The notes below the pieces were generated by a model that did no database searches, was not told the DNA's origin, and worked only from the letters and a program-made list of their open reading frames with translations. DNA of 56,358 nt from Ichthyobacteriaceae bacterium (lineage in GTDB: Bacteria; Bacteroidota; Bacteroidia; Flavobacteriales; JADGDT01): positions 9,691 through 66,048 of the forward strand of contig JADGDT010000005.1 in assembly GCA_016744755.1 (NCBI GenBank), written 5' to 3'. Within the stretch, counting starts at the first letter, position 1, and each line of letters starts with the position of its first letter. Shown here piece by piece: positions 18,123 through 27,633 of this stretch. The position numbers and the translations under genes were made by a program.

Positions 18123-18493
18123 AGTTTTGCAAAGAGGTTAAAGGGAGTGTTGTATTGAAGCTGAAGCATCAATTTCTTTATATGTATCGTCGCTATGCGA
18201 CTTGAAATTTGGGTATTTTATGTTCTTTTGAAGCTAAAGCATAAATTTCTTAATATATGTTGTAGCTATACAACGTGGCTTTTGATTTATCAAAACACAC
18301 TTTGGTTCTAATAGTGAGATTTGAGACTCATCTGACGAAATTACAAACAAAAGTTATTGCTAATATAAAGGCAAAAAATATTACTAACATCAAACAATCT
18401 TCATTAGCCACAGTTTAATATATTTGTACAGTTTTATTCAATACACAAAACACATTTATCAAAAAAGTATAAATGTTCAAATAGATTGATTTT

Positions 18494-19075
18494 ATGATTC
18501 CTAGAGGAAAGATTAAAGATAAAAGAAAGGCAATATTAGATTCTTCGCTTGAGCTAATTGCTCTACAAGGTTTTCACGGCACTTCTATGAAACAAATAGC
18601 AGATAATGCCAAAGTTGCAGCAGGAACTATATACGTATATTTCACAAAAAAGGATGATTTAATTCACCAACTATTTGTAGAAATAAGAGAAGAACTAAAC
18701 GAAGTTGTTTTTGGAGGATTCAATTCTGAAATAAGTTTCAAAGAAAATTTTATGATATTGTGGAACGAAGTTTTAGAATACTATTTGAGTTTCCCTTTAA
18801 AATACAATTTCTTAGAACAATTCTCTATATCTCCATTTATCAACGATATTACTCTCGAAGAAGGCACTCAGGCTTTAGCACCTGCCTACTCCCTTTTCAG
18901 AGATGCTCAAAAAGAAGGAACTCTTAAACAGCTACCTATTTCTGCTCTTATTGCCCTTACACATGGTCCTATTGTTGCCCTAGTAAAAATGAATAATATT
19001 GGAGAAATTGTTATAGAAGAGAAGATTGATAAAAAACAATTTGCTGAGGCTTCTTGGTTTAGTATTTCAAATTAG
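18494..19075 (+). CDS. TetR/AcrR family regulator
   Basis: GFHGTSMKQIADNAKVAAGTIYVYFTKKDDL helix-turn-helix. Confidence 0.95.
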   Translation: MIPRGKIKDKRKAILDSSLELIALQGFHGTSMKQIADNAKVAAGTIYVYFTKKDDLIHQLFVEIREELNEVVFGGFNSEISFKENFMILWNEVLEYYLSFPLKYNFLEQFSISPFINDITLEEGTQALAPAYSLFRDAQKEGTLKQLPISALIALTHGPIVALVKMNNIGEIVIEEKIDKKQFAEASWFSISN

Positions 19076-19113
19076 TGAATAATAAAATATGAAAATGATT
19101 AAATAAAAAAACC

Positions 19114-19803
19114 ATGCAGAGTATTAAGACCATTGCTTTTGACGCTGACGATACCCTTTGGGTAAACGAACCTCTTTTCAGAATAAACGAAGATAAATTC
19201 GATAGCCTACTAAAAAGTTATATTGACGATGATAAGATTACATCTAAGCTATACGACACCGAACTAAGAAATCTAAAGCATTTTGGTTATGGAATTAAAG
19301 GTTTCATCATTTCTATGATAGAAACTGCTATAGAACTTACAAATGGTGAAATTAAAGGTTGCGATTTAAAAAAGATTATAGATTGGGGAAAAGAACAAAT
19401 TGATCATCCAGTTAATATTATTGATGGTATTCCTGAGGTTTTAGAAAAACTTAAAAAGAAATATGAATTGATGATAATAACCAAAGGAGATTTGTTTGAT
19501 CAGGAGAGTAAAATTGCTCGTTCTGGATTAGCCGATTATTTTGATATTATTGAAATTGTTTCTGAAAAAGATGAAGACACTTACTCTTCCCTTCTAAAAA
19601 AGCACAACATAAATTCTGATGAATTATTGATGATTGGTAATTCATTAAAATCAGACATCTTACCGCTTGTAAAACTTGGAGCAAAAGCCATACACATACC
19701 TTTCCATACAACTTGGGTTCACGAAGAAGTAAACTCAAAAGACCTTGACAATTCTGAATACGTAACAATAGATAAGGTTATTGATGTTTTAAAAATTATA
19801 TAG
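19114..19803 (+). CDS. HAD-family hydrolase
   Basis: FDADDTLW, TKGD, MIGNSLKSDI. Confidence 0.92.
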   Translation: MQSIKTIAFDADDTLWVNEPLFRINEDKFDSLLKSYIDDDKITSKLYDTELRNLKHFGYGIKGFIISMIETAIELTNGEIKGCDLKKIIDWGKEQIDHPVNIIDGIPEVLEKLKKKYELMIITKGDLFDQESKIARSGLADYFDIIEIVSEKDEDTYSSLLKKHNINSDELLMIGNSLKSDILPLVKLGAKAIHIPFHTTWVHEEVNSKDLDNSEYVTIDKVIDVLKII

Positions 19804-19884
19804 ATTACAATACACCCTAATAACATGTCGCATTGTGACGGATTAAATATTAAAAATATTGCTTCAGATTCATTAATAAAACGC

Positions 19885-19913
19885 AAAAAAGGCTCCAATA
19901 AATTGGAGCCTTT
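19885..19913. terminator. Terminator between convergent HAD and csp genes
   Basis: A6-ggctccaat/attggagcc-ttt. Confidence 0.85.
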
Positions 19914-19936
19914 CTGTAATAAGTTTGAAACTAATA

Positions 19937-20125
19937 TTATGCAAGTTTTACATCAACTGCATTTAATCCTTTTCTTCCTTCTTTCAATTCAAAAGTAACT
20001 TCGTTACCTTCTGTTACTTCGTCAATTAGACCTGAGATGTGTACAAAGTATTCTTTGTTATCTGCATTGTCTACAATGAATCCAAATCCTTTAGAGTCAT
20101 TAAAAAATTTTACTGTTCCTGTCAT
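19937..20125 (-). CDS. Cold-shock protein
   Basis: GTVKFFNDSKGFGFI (RNP1), YFVHIS (RNP2). Confidence 0.96.
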   Translation of the reverse strand: MTGTVKFFNDSKGFGFIVDNADNKEYFVHISGLIDEVTEGNEVTFELKEGRKGLNAVDVKLA

Positions 20126-20186
20126 AATGAAAACAAAAGTAAATCATTTAGTTAAGACAAAAAACATAATAATGTTTTTTTTAAAT

Positions 20187-20216
20187 AAAAAAGGGCAAGC
20201 ACGCTTGCTCACCCTT
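20187..20216 (-). terminator. Probable terminator after PPIase gene
   Basis: A6-gggcaagc/gcttgctc hairpin. Confidence 0.55.
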
Positions 20217-20249
20217 AATCATCAACTTATCAGTAAGTTATATCTTAAA

Positions 20250-21185
20250 TTATTTGATTGCCATAAGCTCTACATCAAAAATCAATGCTGCATTTGGAGG
20301 AATTACTCCACCAGCACCAGCTGCACCGTAAGCTAAATCAGAAGGGATAACAAAACGAGCTTTGTCTCCAACTTTCAATAACATAATTCCTTCGTCCCAA
20401 CCTGGTATAACTTGCCCAATACCAACTTGAAAATCAAGAGGTTGATTTCTATTGTATGAAGAATCAAATACTTTACCATCTAGCAACGTACCTTTGTAAT
20501 GTACACTTACTCCCTGTCCTTTATTTGGTTGAACATCTCCTTTCCCTTTTTGAATCATCATGTAGTAAAGTCCAGATTCAGTTTGAGTAAATCCAACAGT
20601 GTGTTCTGCTAATTGTTTAGCTTGCTCAGCATTAGCTTTAATCAATGCTTCTGCTCTAGCTTCATCTTTCTTAGCAAATACTGTAGCAGCATCAAAAGCT
20701 TCGGCATCAGCACCAACACGAATAACTTCTACTTTATCCATAACATCATCTTGAGCAATGCTATTAACAATATCCATTCCTCCAACTACGTTTCCAAAGA
20801 CTGTGTGCTTACCATCTAACCAGGCAGTTTCTACATGAGTAATAAAAAACTGAGATCCGTTTGTTCCAGGACCTGCATTAGCCATAGAAAGTATTCCTGG
20901 GCCTGTATGTTTTAAATCAGGGTGAATCTCATCGTCGAAGTTGTAACCAGGCCCACTAGTACCAGTACCTGATGGACAACCTCCTTGAACCATAAAATTT
21001 TCAATTACACGGTGAAACTTCAAACCATCGTAGTAAGCTTCTCCTTCTCCTTTATGAGTATTCTTAATTACACCCTCAGCCAAACCAACAAAGTTTGCAA
21101 CTGTAACAGGAGCTTTTTCAAATTCTAAATTTACTAGAATTTCACCTTTCGTAGTGTGAAATTTTAAATATAATCCGTCTTGCAT
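20250..21185 (-). CDS. Dual cyclophilin-FKBP peptidyl-prolyl isomerase (cytoplasmic)
   Basis: Cyclophilin motifs FHRVI and [19 protein letters not shown]; FKBP motifs [22 protein letters not shown]. Confidence 0.95.
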   Translation of the reverse strand: MQDGLYLKFHTTKGEILVNLEFEKAPVTVANFVGLAEGVIKNTHKGEGEAYYDGLKFHRVIENFMVQGGCPSGTGTSGPGYNFDDEIHPDLKHTGPGILSMANAGPGTNGSQFFITHVETAWLDGKHTVFGNVVGGMDIVNSIAQDDVMDKVEVIRVGADAEAFDAATVFAKKDEARAEALIKANAEQAKQLAEHTVGFTQTESGLYYMMIQKGKGDVQPNKGQGVSVHYKGTLLDGKVFDSSYNRNQPLDFQVGIGQVIPGWDEGIMLLKVGDKARFVIPSDLAYGAAGAGGVIPPNAALIFDVELMAIK

Positions 21186-21291
21186 TTTATTAAATTTTAT
21201 TTATTATATTTTTTAACCTGAGACTTTATCTTAGAGCTTCGAGCTTTTTTTACATTCAGTCTTTCAGCTTTGAGCTCATTTTATCTTTCAG

Positions 21292-22386
21292 CTATTTCAC
21301 CACTTCAATCAACTCTACATCAAAAATCAAATCTGCATTTGGAGGTATAACTCCACCTGCTCCTCTTTCGCCATAACCTAGGTAAGAAGGTATAACAAGC
21401 GTAGCTTTATCTCCTACCACTAATTGCATAATTCCTTCATCCCAACCTGGTATAACTCTACCTACTCCTACAGGGAATTTTATTGGATCTTTTCTCTCGA
21501 AAGAAGAATCAAACACTTTTCCACTAAGAAGTTTCCCTCTGTAATGAACTTTCACTTCCTTACCAACAGTTGGCTTATCTCCACTACCAGCAAAAGTTTT
21601 TATAATCACCAATCCTGTTTCTTTAGTTTCTACACTTACAGCGTTAACACTCAAAGAATCAACAATTCCTTTTAGTGCGACTTGTTGTTCTTTAATAATT
21701 TTTTCTTTAGCTTTTTCAATAGACTTCATCTCTTCTTTAAACACTTTAGGAGCATCAAATTTCTTAGCAGTTCTACCTACTCTTCTGATAGTTAATTTTT
21801 CTAAAATATCGCCTTGAGCAATTGTATCAACTATACTTTGACCTTCAACAACATAGCCAAAAACAGTATGTTTACCATCTAACCAAGGAGTAGCTTTGTG
21901 AGTAATGAAAAACTGAGACCCGTTTGTTCCAGGACCAGCATTAGCCATAGAAAGGACACCAGCGCCATCGTGTTTTAACGAGTTAACTATCTCATCAGGA
22001 AAAGCATAACCAGGATTACCTTGCCCTGTTCCTAGTGGGTCTCCACCTTGAATCATGAAATCAGCTATTACTCTATGGAATATTAATCCATCGTAAAAAG
22101 GAGTACTAAGAGGTTTTGCATTATTTTCTTGAGTGCCTTCTGCTAAAGCAACAAAGTTTGCAACTGTTAAAGGAGTTTGTTTAAAAGTTAATTTAACAAT
22201 AATGTCGCCTTTTGAAGTATGGAAATCTGCAAAAATACCTTCACTATCTTTATCTCTTAAACTTTCACTAGATTCCGTAGAATCCGAAATATTTAAGAAA
22301 TTATTTCTCTGTTCTTCTAATTGATCACACGATTGCATTCCGAATGCAAATACTGCTAGTGTTAGAATTAATCCTATTTTTTTCAT
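21292..22386 (-). CDS. Dual cyclophilin-FKBP PPIase, lipoprotein
   Basis: Same two domains plus signal peptide with MQSC lipobox. Confidence 0.93.
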   Translation of the reverse strand: MKKIGLILTLAVFAFGMQSCDQLEEQRNNFLNISDSTESSESLRDKDSEGIFADFHTSKGDIIVKLTFKQTPLTVANFVALAEGTQENNAKPLSTPFYDGLIFHRVIADFMIQGGDPLGTGQGNPGYAFPDEIVNSLKHDGAGVLSMANAGPGTNGSQFFITHKATPWLDGKHTVFGYVVEGQSIVDTIAQGDILEKLTIRRVGRTAKKFDAPKVFKEEMKSIEKAKEKIIKEQQVALKGIVDSLSVNAVSVETKETGLVIIKTFAGSGDKPTVGKEVKVHYRGKLLSGKVFDSSFERKDPIKFPVGVGRVIPGWDEGIMQLVVGDKATLVIPSYLGYGERGAGGVIPPNADLIFDVELIEVVK

Positions 22387-22393
22387 TTTATAT

Positions 22394-22930
22394 TTAATTA
22401 TTTACTTGATTATTAATCACTTTAATTACTCTTATTTTGTACACTAAAGGTGTGTTTGATTTAATTTTATTGTCATCGCCATGAAATCCGAATGCTTGAT
22501 GCGAAGGAAAAATAAATATTGCCTCTGCTCCCTCACTCATAAGTTTCAAACCTTCGTGCATCCCTTTAATTTCTTCCTGATGATCTACTACTAAATTCTT
22601 AGTAATACTTGTATAAATTATTTTTCCATCCAAACCCTCTACAATTTCAGTATACCTAATCTCATCTTCTGATTTAATTAGTTCAGCTGAATTATTTTCG
22701 ATATGGTAAATAAATCCAAAATTCGATCTCTTAAATTCTAAGTCTTGTTTGGCTACGTATTTCCTAAACTTCCTCTCTTCTCTTTGATTTATCTTTTTCG
22801 ACAACTCTATAGATTCTGTATAATCTATTCCAGAACTAACACTTACCGGCAATCTAGGCTCTTGCTCTTTACAAGAACTTAAAAACAGAAAGGTTATTAT
22901 CGAAAAGAAAAAAAATAGTTTGCTACCCAT
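22394..22930 (-). CDS. gldI: GldI-like FKBP-type lipoprotein
   Basis: LSSC lipobox, EPRLPV, GLKLM..G....[14 protein letters not shown]; located between a DHH gene and a PPIase gene. Confidence 0.78.
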   Translation of the reverse strand: MGSKLFFFFSIITFLFLSSCKEQEPRLPVSVSSGIDYTESIELSKKINQREERKFRKYVAKQDLEFKRSNFGFIYHIENNSAELIKSEDEIRYTEIVEGLDGKIIYTSITKNLVVDHQEEIKGMHEGLKLMSEGAEAIFIFPSHQAFGFHGDDNKIKSNTPLVYKIRVIKVINNQVNN

Positions 22931-23948
22931 TAGAATTTATTATTTCTTTCTTATTCAATTTTACAGCTTTAATAAACATATCAACAACCTCAGTTATAGG
23001 CAAATCTACTCTTCCTCCTGCTGCGTTAATATGCCCTCCTCCATTAAAATTATCTCTCGACATTTGGTTAACAGAAAACTTTCCTGTAGACCTTAAACTA
23101 ATTTTTACAAAATCACCTTCAAGATCTTCTATAAAAATTGCCGCTACATTTACTCCCTCAATAGAAAGTGCCATATTTACAAATCCTTCCGTATCTCCTT
23201 TCTGAAATTTATTTTTTCTTAACTCTTTACGAGTCATTGTAATATATGCTGAATTGTAATTTTTCAACACCACCAAATTATTCAAAGCAATACCCATAAG
23301 CTTCATTCTAGCCATAGTGTTACCATCAAAAATATTGTTGTGTATTTCATGATTCACTGCTCCTCTATCTATTAAATCAGCAGCTATACGATGAGTTGTT
23401 GATGTTGTAGAAGCATAACGGAAAGAACCTGTATCGGTAAGTATTCCTGTATAAATACATGTAGCAATTTCAGCATCTATTTTATCTACCTCATTAATAT
23501 TCTCTAAAAAGTGATATAACATTTCAGAAGTAGCACATATTGTAGTATCAGAATAAGTGTAATCGGGAAAACTATCTGGTTGCTGATGATGATCTATCAT
23601 TATTTTAATAGCATCCGATTTATCAACAAAAGGTTTTATTTCTTCTATTCTTTCAAGTGTATTGAAATCCATAAAGAAAATTACATCAGCTTGATTAATT
23701 AAATTAGTTTTTGCCTCATCTTCTTCGTTAAAAATCTCTACAGTATCATTATTTGGCAGCCAATGAAGAAACTTCGGATATGGTGTAGGTGCTAATACTA
23801 CAGGGCTATGCCCGTTGTTTTTTAAATATTTATACAATCCTAAGCTACTGCCCATTGCATCACCATCAGGATTTTTATGTGGGATTATCACAACTTTTTT
23901 AGGTTGCGATAACAATTCTTTTACTTCTGAAAAATCATCTTTTGTCAT
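22923..23948 (-). CDS. DHH/DHHA1 phosphoesterase (NrnA-like)
   Basis: HKNPDGDAMGS, IDHH, TDTGSF, SLRS, GGGHINAAG. Confidence 0.93.
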   Translation of the reverse strand: MTKDDFSEVKELLSQPKKVVIIPHKNPDGDAMGSSLGLYKYLKNNGHSPVVLAPTPYPKFLHWLPNNDTVEIFNEEDEAKTNLINQADVIFFMDFNTLERIEEIKPFVDKSDAIKIMIDHHQQPDSFPDYTYSDTTICATSEMLYHFLENINEVDKIDAEIATCIYTGILTDTGSFRYASTTSTTHRIAADLIDRGAVNHEIHNNIFDGNTMARMKLMGIALNNLVVLKNYNSAYITMTRKELRKNKFQKGDTEGFVNMALSIEGVNVAAIFIEDLEGDFVKISLRSTGKFSVNQMSRDNFNGGGHINAAGGRVDLPITEVVDMFIKAVKLNKKEIINSNG

Positions 23949-24054
23949 AGGATGCGAAAATAGTGTTTTTTGATTAATGATTACAGTTTTTTACACATTG
24001 ATTTACAACTGTAAAACACCAGAATAAACTTCTACAACCGTAAAGTATAAACGC

Positions 24055-24081
24055 AAAAAAGCCTCCGCTTGGAGGCTTTTT
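24055..24081 (-). terminator. Intrinsic terminator
   Basis: A6-gcctcc/ggaggc-T5. Confidence 0.85.
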
Positions 24082-24100
24082 AAATATTATTTCAGTTTTA

Positions 24101-25840
24101 CTATTCTGCAGCTTCAGCAACTGGAGCAGCATATATTTCTCTGAATTCTAAATCTTTCTTAACTTTTTCTTCTAACTTAGGATTCTTCTCGATTGCAGAA
24201 GCAATAAATTTCTTTGCATCATCAGTTTTCCCAAGTCTTTGAGAAGCGATAGCTCTTAGGTAATCACCTTTACAAGTTTTAACATCACCAGCATCAAGAG
24301 TTTTAATACCTCCGTCAAAATCACCATTCAATACTTTAGCAAGTGCTAAGTTGAAAGTGTTTTTACCTTGCATTTCTTCTATAGCTTTTGCATAATCTCC
24401 TTCTTTTATAGCTTTAACACCACGGTTATAAGCTGCCTCAGGAGATGTTGACTTAGTAAACAACTCATTTGCAGTTGCAACGTCCCCTTTAAGAGCAGTA
24501 GCTACAGCTAAGTTATTTATTGTTACATCATTCTCTTCTATTTCGAAAGCTTTTTCAAACAAAGCAATAGCATCATCACTATTTCCTAACATTTGAGAAC
24601 AGTGTCCTGCATTAGTAGCAAAACGGTAATCAGCAGGATATAACTCCATACCTTTTTTCATTATATCAAGACGAGTTTCTTTAGAATCAGCAAGTTTTGC
24701 AGCATAAAGAACTTCTTCAGCATCTAATTGAAAAGCTTTAGTATTATCCGCTTTAGTAATCTCAACTTTTAATTCCTCTACTGTCTTAGCAGATAATTCT
24801 TTGATCTCTTCATCTGTCTTACCAACTAAATCGTAACCTACAACAATATTAGTTCTACGTAATTCTGGAAGAATATCGTCTTTAATAACGTCATATGTAG
24901 TCGACAAAGATTTAAGAGTTTTCTCTTTTGTTTCCAATAAAGGCTGATCATCAAGAGAACGTAAAATCATATCTTTATCTTCGATATTTGAGTTCTTGAT
25001 AGCAACATAAACACCTTCCCAGTCAGCTCCTTTAGCCTCTTTAGAGAATAAGTCTTCTTGATATTGAATCTTAGCTCTCTTAACAGAAGATTCAATTTTG
25101 GCTTGTACTTTCTTTGCTCTATCATCAGATAATTTTGCATTATCTTCTGCTTCACCCTCTGGAGATGCGTAACCTACTAGAGAAACACTAGTAATAGTCA
25201 TTTTTTCTTCTTTTCCAGAAGACTTTACCAATTCAGATAAAGCTTTATAGTCTTCTTGTTTTAGTTCACTTCCTTTTACTACAGAAGACCCTAAATTAAA
25301 GTTAACCATTGCACTTGACTCATGCTTAGTAGTTTGCTCGTATGTAGGAGGAACCATTGATGACTTGAAATCATCTTGAACCAAAAGAGAAGTTGTAATA
25401 ACTCCATCTGCTAACTTGATAGCTTCAAATTCTTTTACTTTGTCTCCTTTTTTACCGTTTATATTAATGTAAAGTTCAGAGTTCTCCATTTCAGGTGTGT
25501 AATCTATCTCATCAGTATAAGAAACTGATTTCCCTGTCTCGTAAGGTATAACAGTAGCATTACCAGGATATTCTTCTCCTTGGAATTCAGCCATTTTAAA
25601 ATCTGTGTTCCCAGCTTCGTAACGCAACTGAGGAGTTAACTCAACAGCAACATTTTTCTTGAACAACTTTTCAGGATATTGACCATTGATGTCAATTTTT
25701 ACTTTTCCTCCGTGAACCTCTAAAGGTTGTGGATTTACCGAATAATAATCTTTATCAAGGTTTTTCATAGAATTACAACTTGAAAGTGTTGCAATAGCTA
25801 ATCCAACAACCGCGAATGATTTTAAGCTAATATTTCTCAT
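24101..25840 (-). CDS. Lipoprotein with OmpA-like segment and C-terminal TPRs
   Basis: LSSC lipobox; GYASPEG..N.KLSDDRA; TPR-like C-terminus. Confidence 0.75.
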   Translation of the reverse strand: MRNISLKSFAVVGLAIATLSSCNSMKNLDKDYYSVNPQPLEVHGGKVKIDINGQYPEKLFKKNVAVELTPQLRYEAGNTDFKMAEFQGEEYPGNATVIPYETGKSVSYTDEIDYTPEMENSELYININGKKGDKVKEFEAIKLADGVITTSLLVQDDFKSSMVPPTYEQTTKHESSAMVNFNLGSSVVKGSELKQEDYKALSELVKSSGKEEKMTITSVSLVGYASPEGEAEDNAKLSDDRAKKVQAKIESSVKRAKIQYQEDLFSKEAKGADWEGVYVAIKNSNIEDKDMILRSLDDQPLLETKEKTLKSLSTTYDVIKDDILPELRRTNIVVGYDLVGKTDEEIKELSAKTVEELKVEITKADNTKAFQLDAEEVLYAAKLADSKETRLDIMKKGMELYPADYRFATNAGHCSQMLGNSDDAIALFEKAFEIEENDVTINNLAVATALKGDVATANELFTKSTSPEAAYNRGVKAIKEGDYAKAIEEMQGKNTFNLALAKVLNGDFDGGIKTLDAGDVKTCKGDYLRAIASQRLGKTDDAKKFIASAIEKNPKLEEKVKKDLEFREIYAAPVAEAAE

Positions 25841-26313
25841 GCTTAGAATTATGAATTACTGTGTATACAGTTTGTTAATTATTTACAATTTTATTGATGT
25901 AGTTTTAACATCATTGCAAAAATATAAAAATAGATGACTAATCAATAACATATCACGAAAAACATACACTTTATGACAAAAGTATCTTTAGTTATGACGA
26001 ATAAATATTTTATTATGCTTCTTTTATTACATATTATCAAATATATCTCGTAATTATTGCCATGAATTATACATATAACTAGTAAGAAAATACTTAATTC
26101 AATAAAAATAGACTTGATTTATGTGGAATCATCTGTAACTTTTTTTTAAAACTATTATTAAATCGTGACAAAAGTGCTGTGGAAACGATCAACTTATCCG
26201 TTTTGGTCATTCGTCCATTTCGGATAAAAATGATTTTCAACTTCAACAGCTATATATTAAAACCTCCAATAGATATCCAGGCAACAGTTATACGGTTTAA
26301 TAATTAAACCTTC

Positions 26314-26832
26314 TTAAAATTCCTTAGCTATTTCTAATTTAAGCTGAAGCAAAGCAAGTTTGGTAGGATTGTCTTCTGTACTATCGCCACTTATAAGTAT
26401 GCTTTTAAAATCCATAATTCCTTCACCTTCTTCTAGTTTCAACATTGTTTGATTTATAGCAATGATTGAAGCATTTTTGGCAGTGGTAATCATATTCCAA
26501 AGTTCTGGAGTAACATAAATTTGTTGAGAAAGGTTATGGTCAAACTCATCATTTATCTGTTTTATTAAAACATTTTTATAAAGCTCTATAGAATCAATAT
26601 TCATAGGGATTCTTCTGGCTAGGCTAACCATAGAAATCCTCTCCAATAAAAGAGTAAGTCTTTCGTATGCCTGAAACCTAATGGGAGTGGTTTCTTTTGT
26701 TGAAGCCACTTTAAGTTGATAACGACGTTTGTTATTTTCTTCTTCAAAAAATGTTTTGAGAAAGTACATTGCTATTCCCCCAATTAATAATGAAGGAACA
26801 ATATATTTTAAAAATTCTATTAAATCAAACAT
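26314..26832 (-). CDS. Conserved Bacteroidota protein with N-terminal TM helix
   Basis: RFQAYERLTLLLERI, EFDHNLSQQIYV; -7 box at 26856-26863. Confidence 0.75.
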   Translation of the reverse strand: MFDLIEFLKYIVPSLLIGGIAMYFLKTFFEEENNKRRYQLKVASTKETTPIRFQAYERLTLLLERISMVSLARRIPMNIDSIELYKNVLIKQINDEFDHNLSQQIYVTPELWNMITTAKNASIIAINQTMLKLEEGEGIMDFKSILISGDSTEDNPTKLALLQLKLEIAKEF

Positions 26833-26912
26833 GTGTTTTTTATTTTATGAAAAGCCAAAAATACAATTTTTTCAATAATTTGAAATTAGATTATTGGCCA
26901 TTTAATTAGAGG

Positions 26913-27392
26913 TTAATTATTGTCAATTTTTTCTAGCTCTCTTTCAAAATCGTACTGTAGATCTTCGTGTAACTTAGAAATAGATTTTTGTGAAGCCTCT
27001 ACTTGTCGTAAATAAATATTGTGTAAAGCTTGATCCCTTTCCATAGGAGGGTGCATATTTTTTAGTTTAATACAGAAATACAACATTAATTCTACTTCAG
27101 TTTCTTTGTTGTTGGAGTAACGGATATATTTTTTTACAAGACGTAGAATCTTCCTAGCACTCTTTTTTATAAAAAAGTAACTAGAAGTATTAATCGTTTC
27201 AAAGGTATCGTCAACTTCTTGTTTAACAGCTTCAATATAACTAGCCTCACTAGATTCCTCAAACAACAAATAAGTTAACAACTCTTTGTTTTCTTTCTTG
27301 AATTTAGATAATCGCAAAACCAATTCTATCATCTCTTCTTGCGAAAGATGCTTTAGTTCTTTTTTAATTACTGTTACTGTTGCTGTTTTCAT
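26913..27392 (-). CDS. Conserved hypothetical helical protein
   Basis: LRLSKFKKENKELLTYLLFE, KLHEDLQYD. Confidence 0.75.
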   Translation of the reverse strand: MKTATVTVIKKELKHLSQEEMIELVLRLSKFKKENKELLTYLLFEESSEASYIEAVKQEVDDTFETINTSSYFFIKKSARKILRLVKKYIRYSNNKETEVELMLYFCIKLKNMHPPMERDQALHNIYLRQVEASQKSISKLHEDLQYDFERELEKIDNN

Positions 27393-27483
27393 TTAATGAG
27401 TTGATATTTATTAGAGGTAAATATAAAGTTATACAATTAATGTTTCTGTACTCTAATGGAAATAAATATTAAATATTTTTTTG

Positions 27484-27543
27484 CCCGCTGATTTCGCTGA
27501 TTTCCGCAGATTTTTATCAGCGATAATCTGTGTAATCTGCGGG
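27484..27543. repeat. Inverted 9-mer array (CGCWGATTT x3 / AATCWGYG x3)
   Basis: cccgctgatttcgctgatttccgcagat-tttt-atcagcgataatctgtgtaatctgcggg. Confidence 0.8.
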
Positions 27544-27556
27544 AGATAAAAACATA

Positions 27557-27593
27557 AAAACGGCCACAATACAATTAAGTATGCGACCGTTTT
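27557..27593 (-). terminator. Probable terminator after gltD
   Basis: aaaacgg/ccgtttt stem with internal pairing. Confidence 0.6.
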
Positions 27594-27633
27594 CTGCTAT
27601 AAATAAACGAAATCTTAGATAACCTTGTTAAGA

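Noticed and set aside
20836-21954. Gene conversion between PPIase paralogues (53 of 56 nt identical over [19 protein letters not shown])
   Set aside because: Explained by an invariant protein motif plus strong codon bias; synonymous differences are present.
26195-26228. ttatccg..cggataa hairpin as a small RNA
   Set aside because: Short arms, weak interior, no second copy or clear promoter/terminator context.
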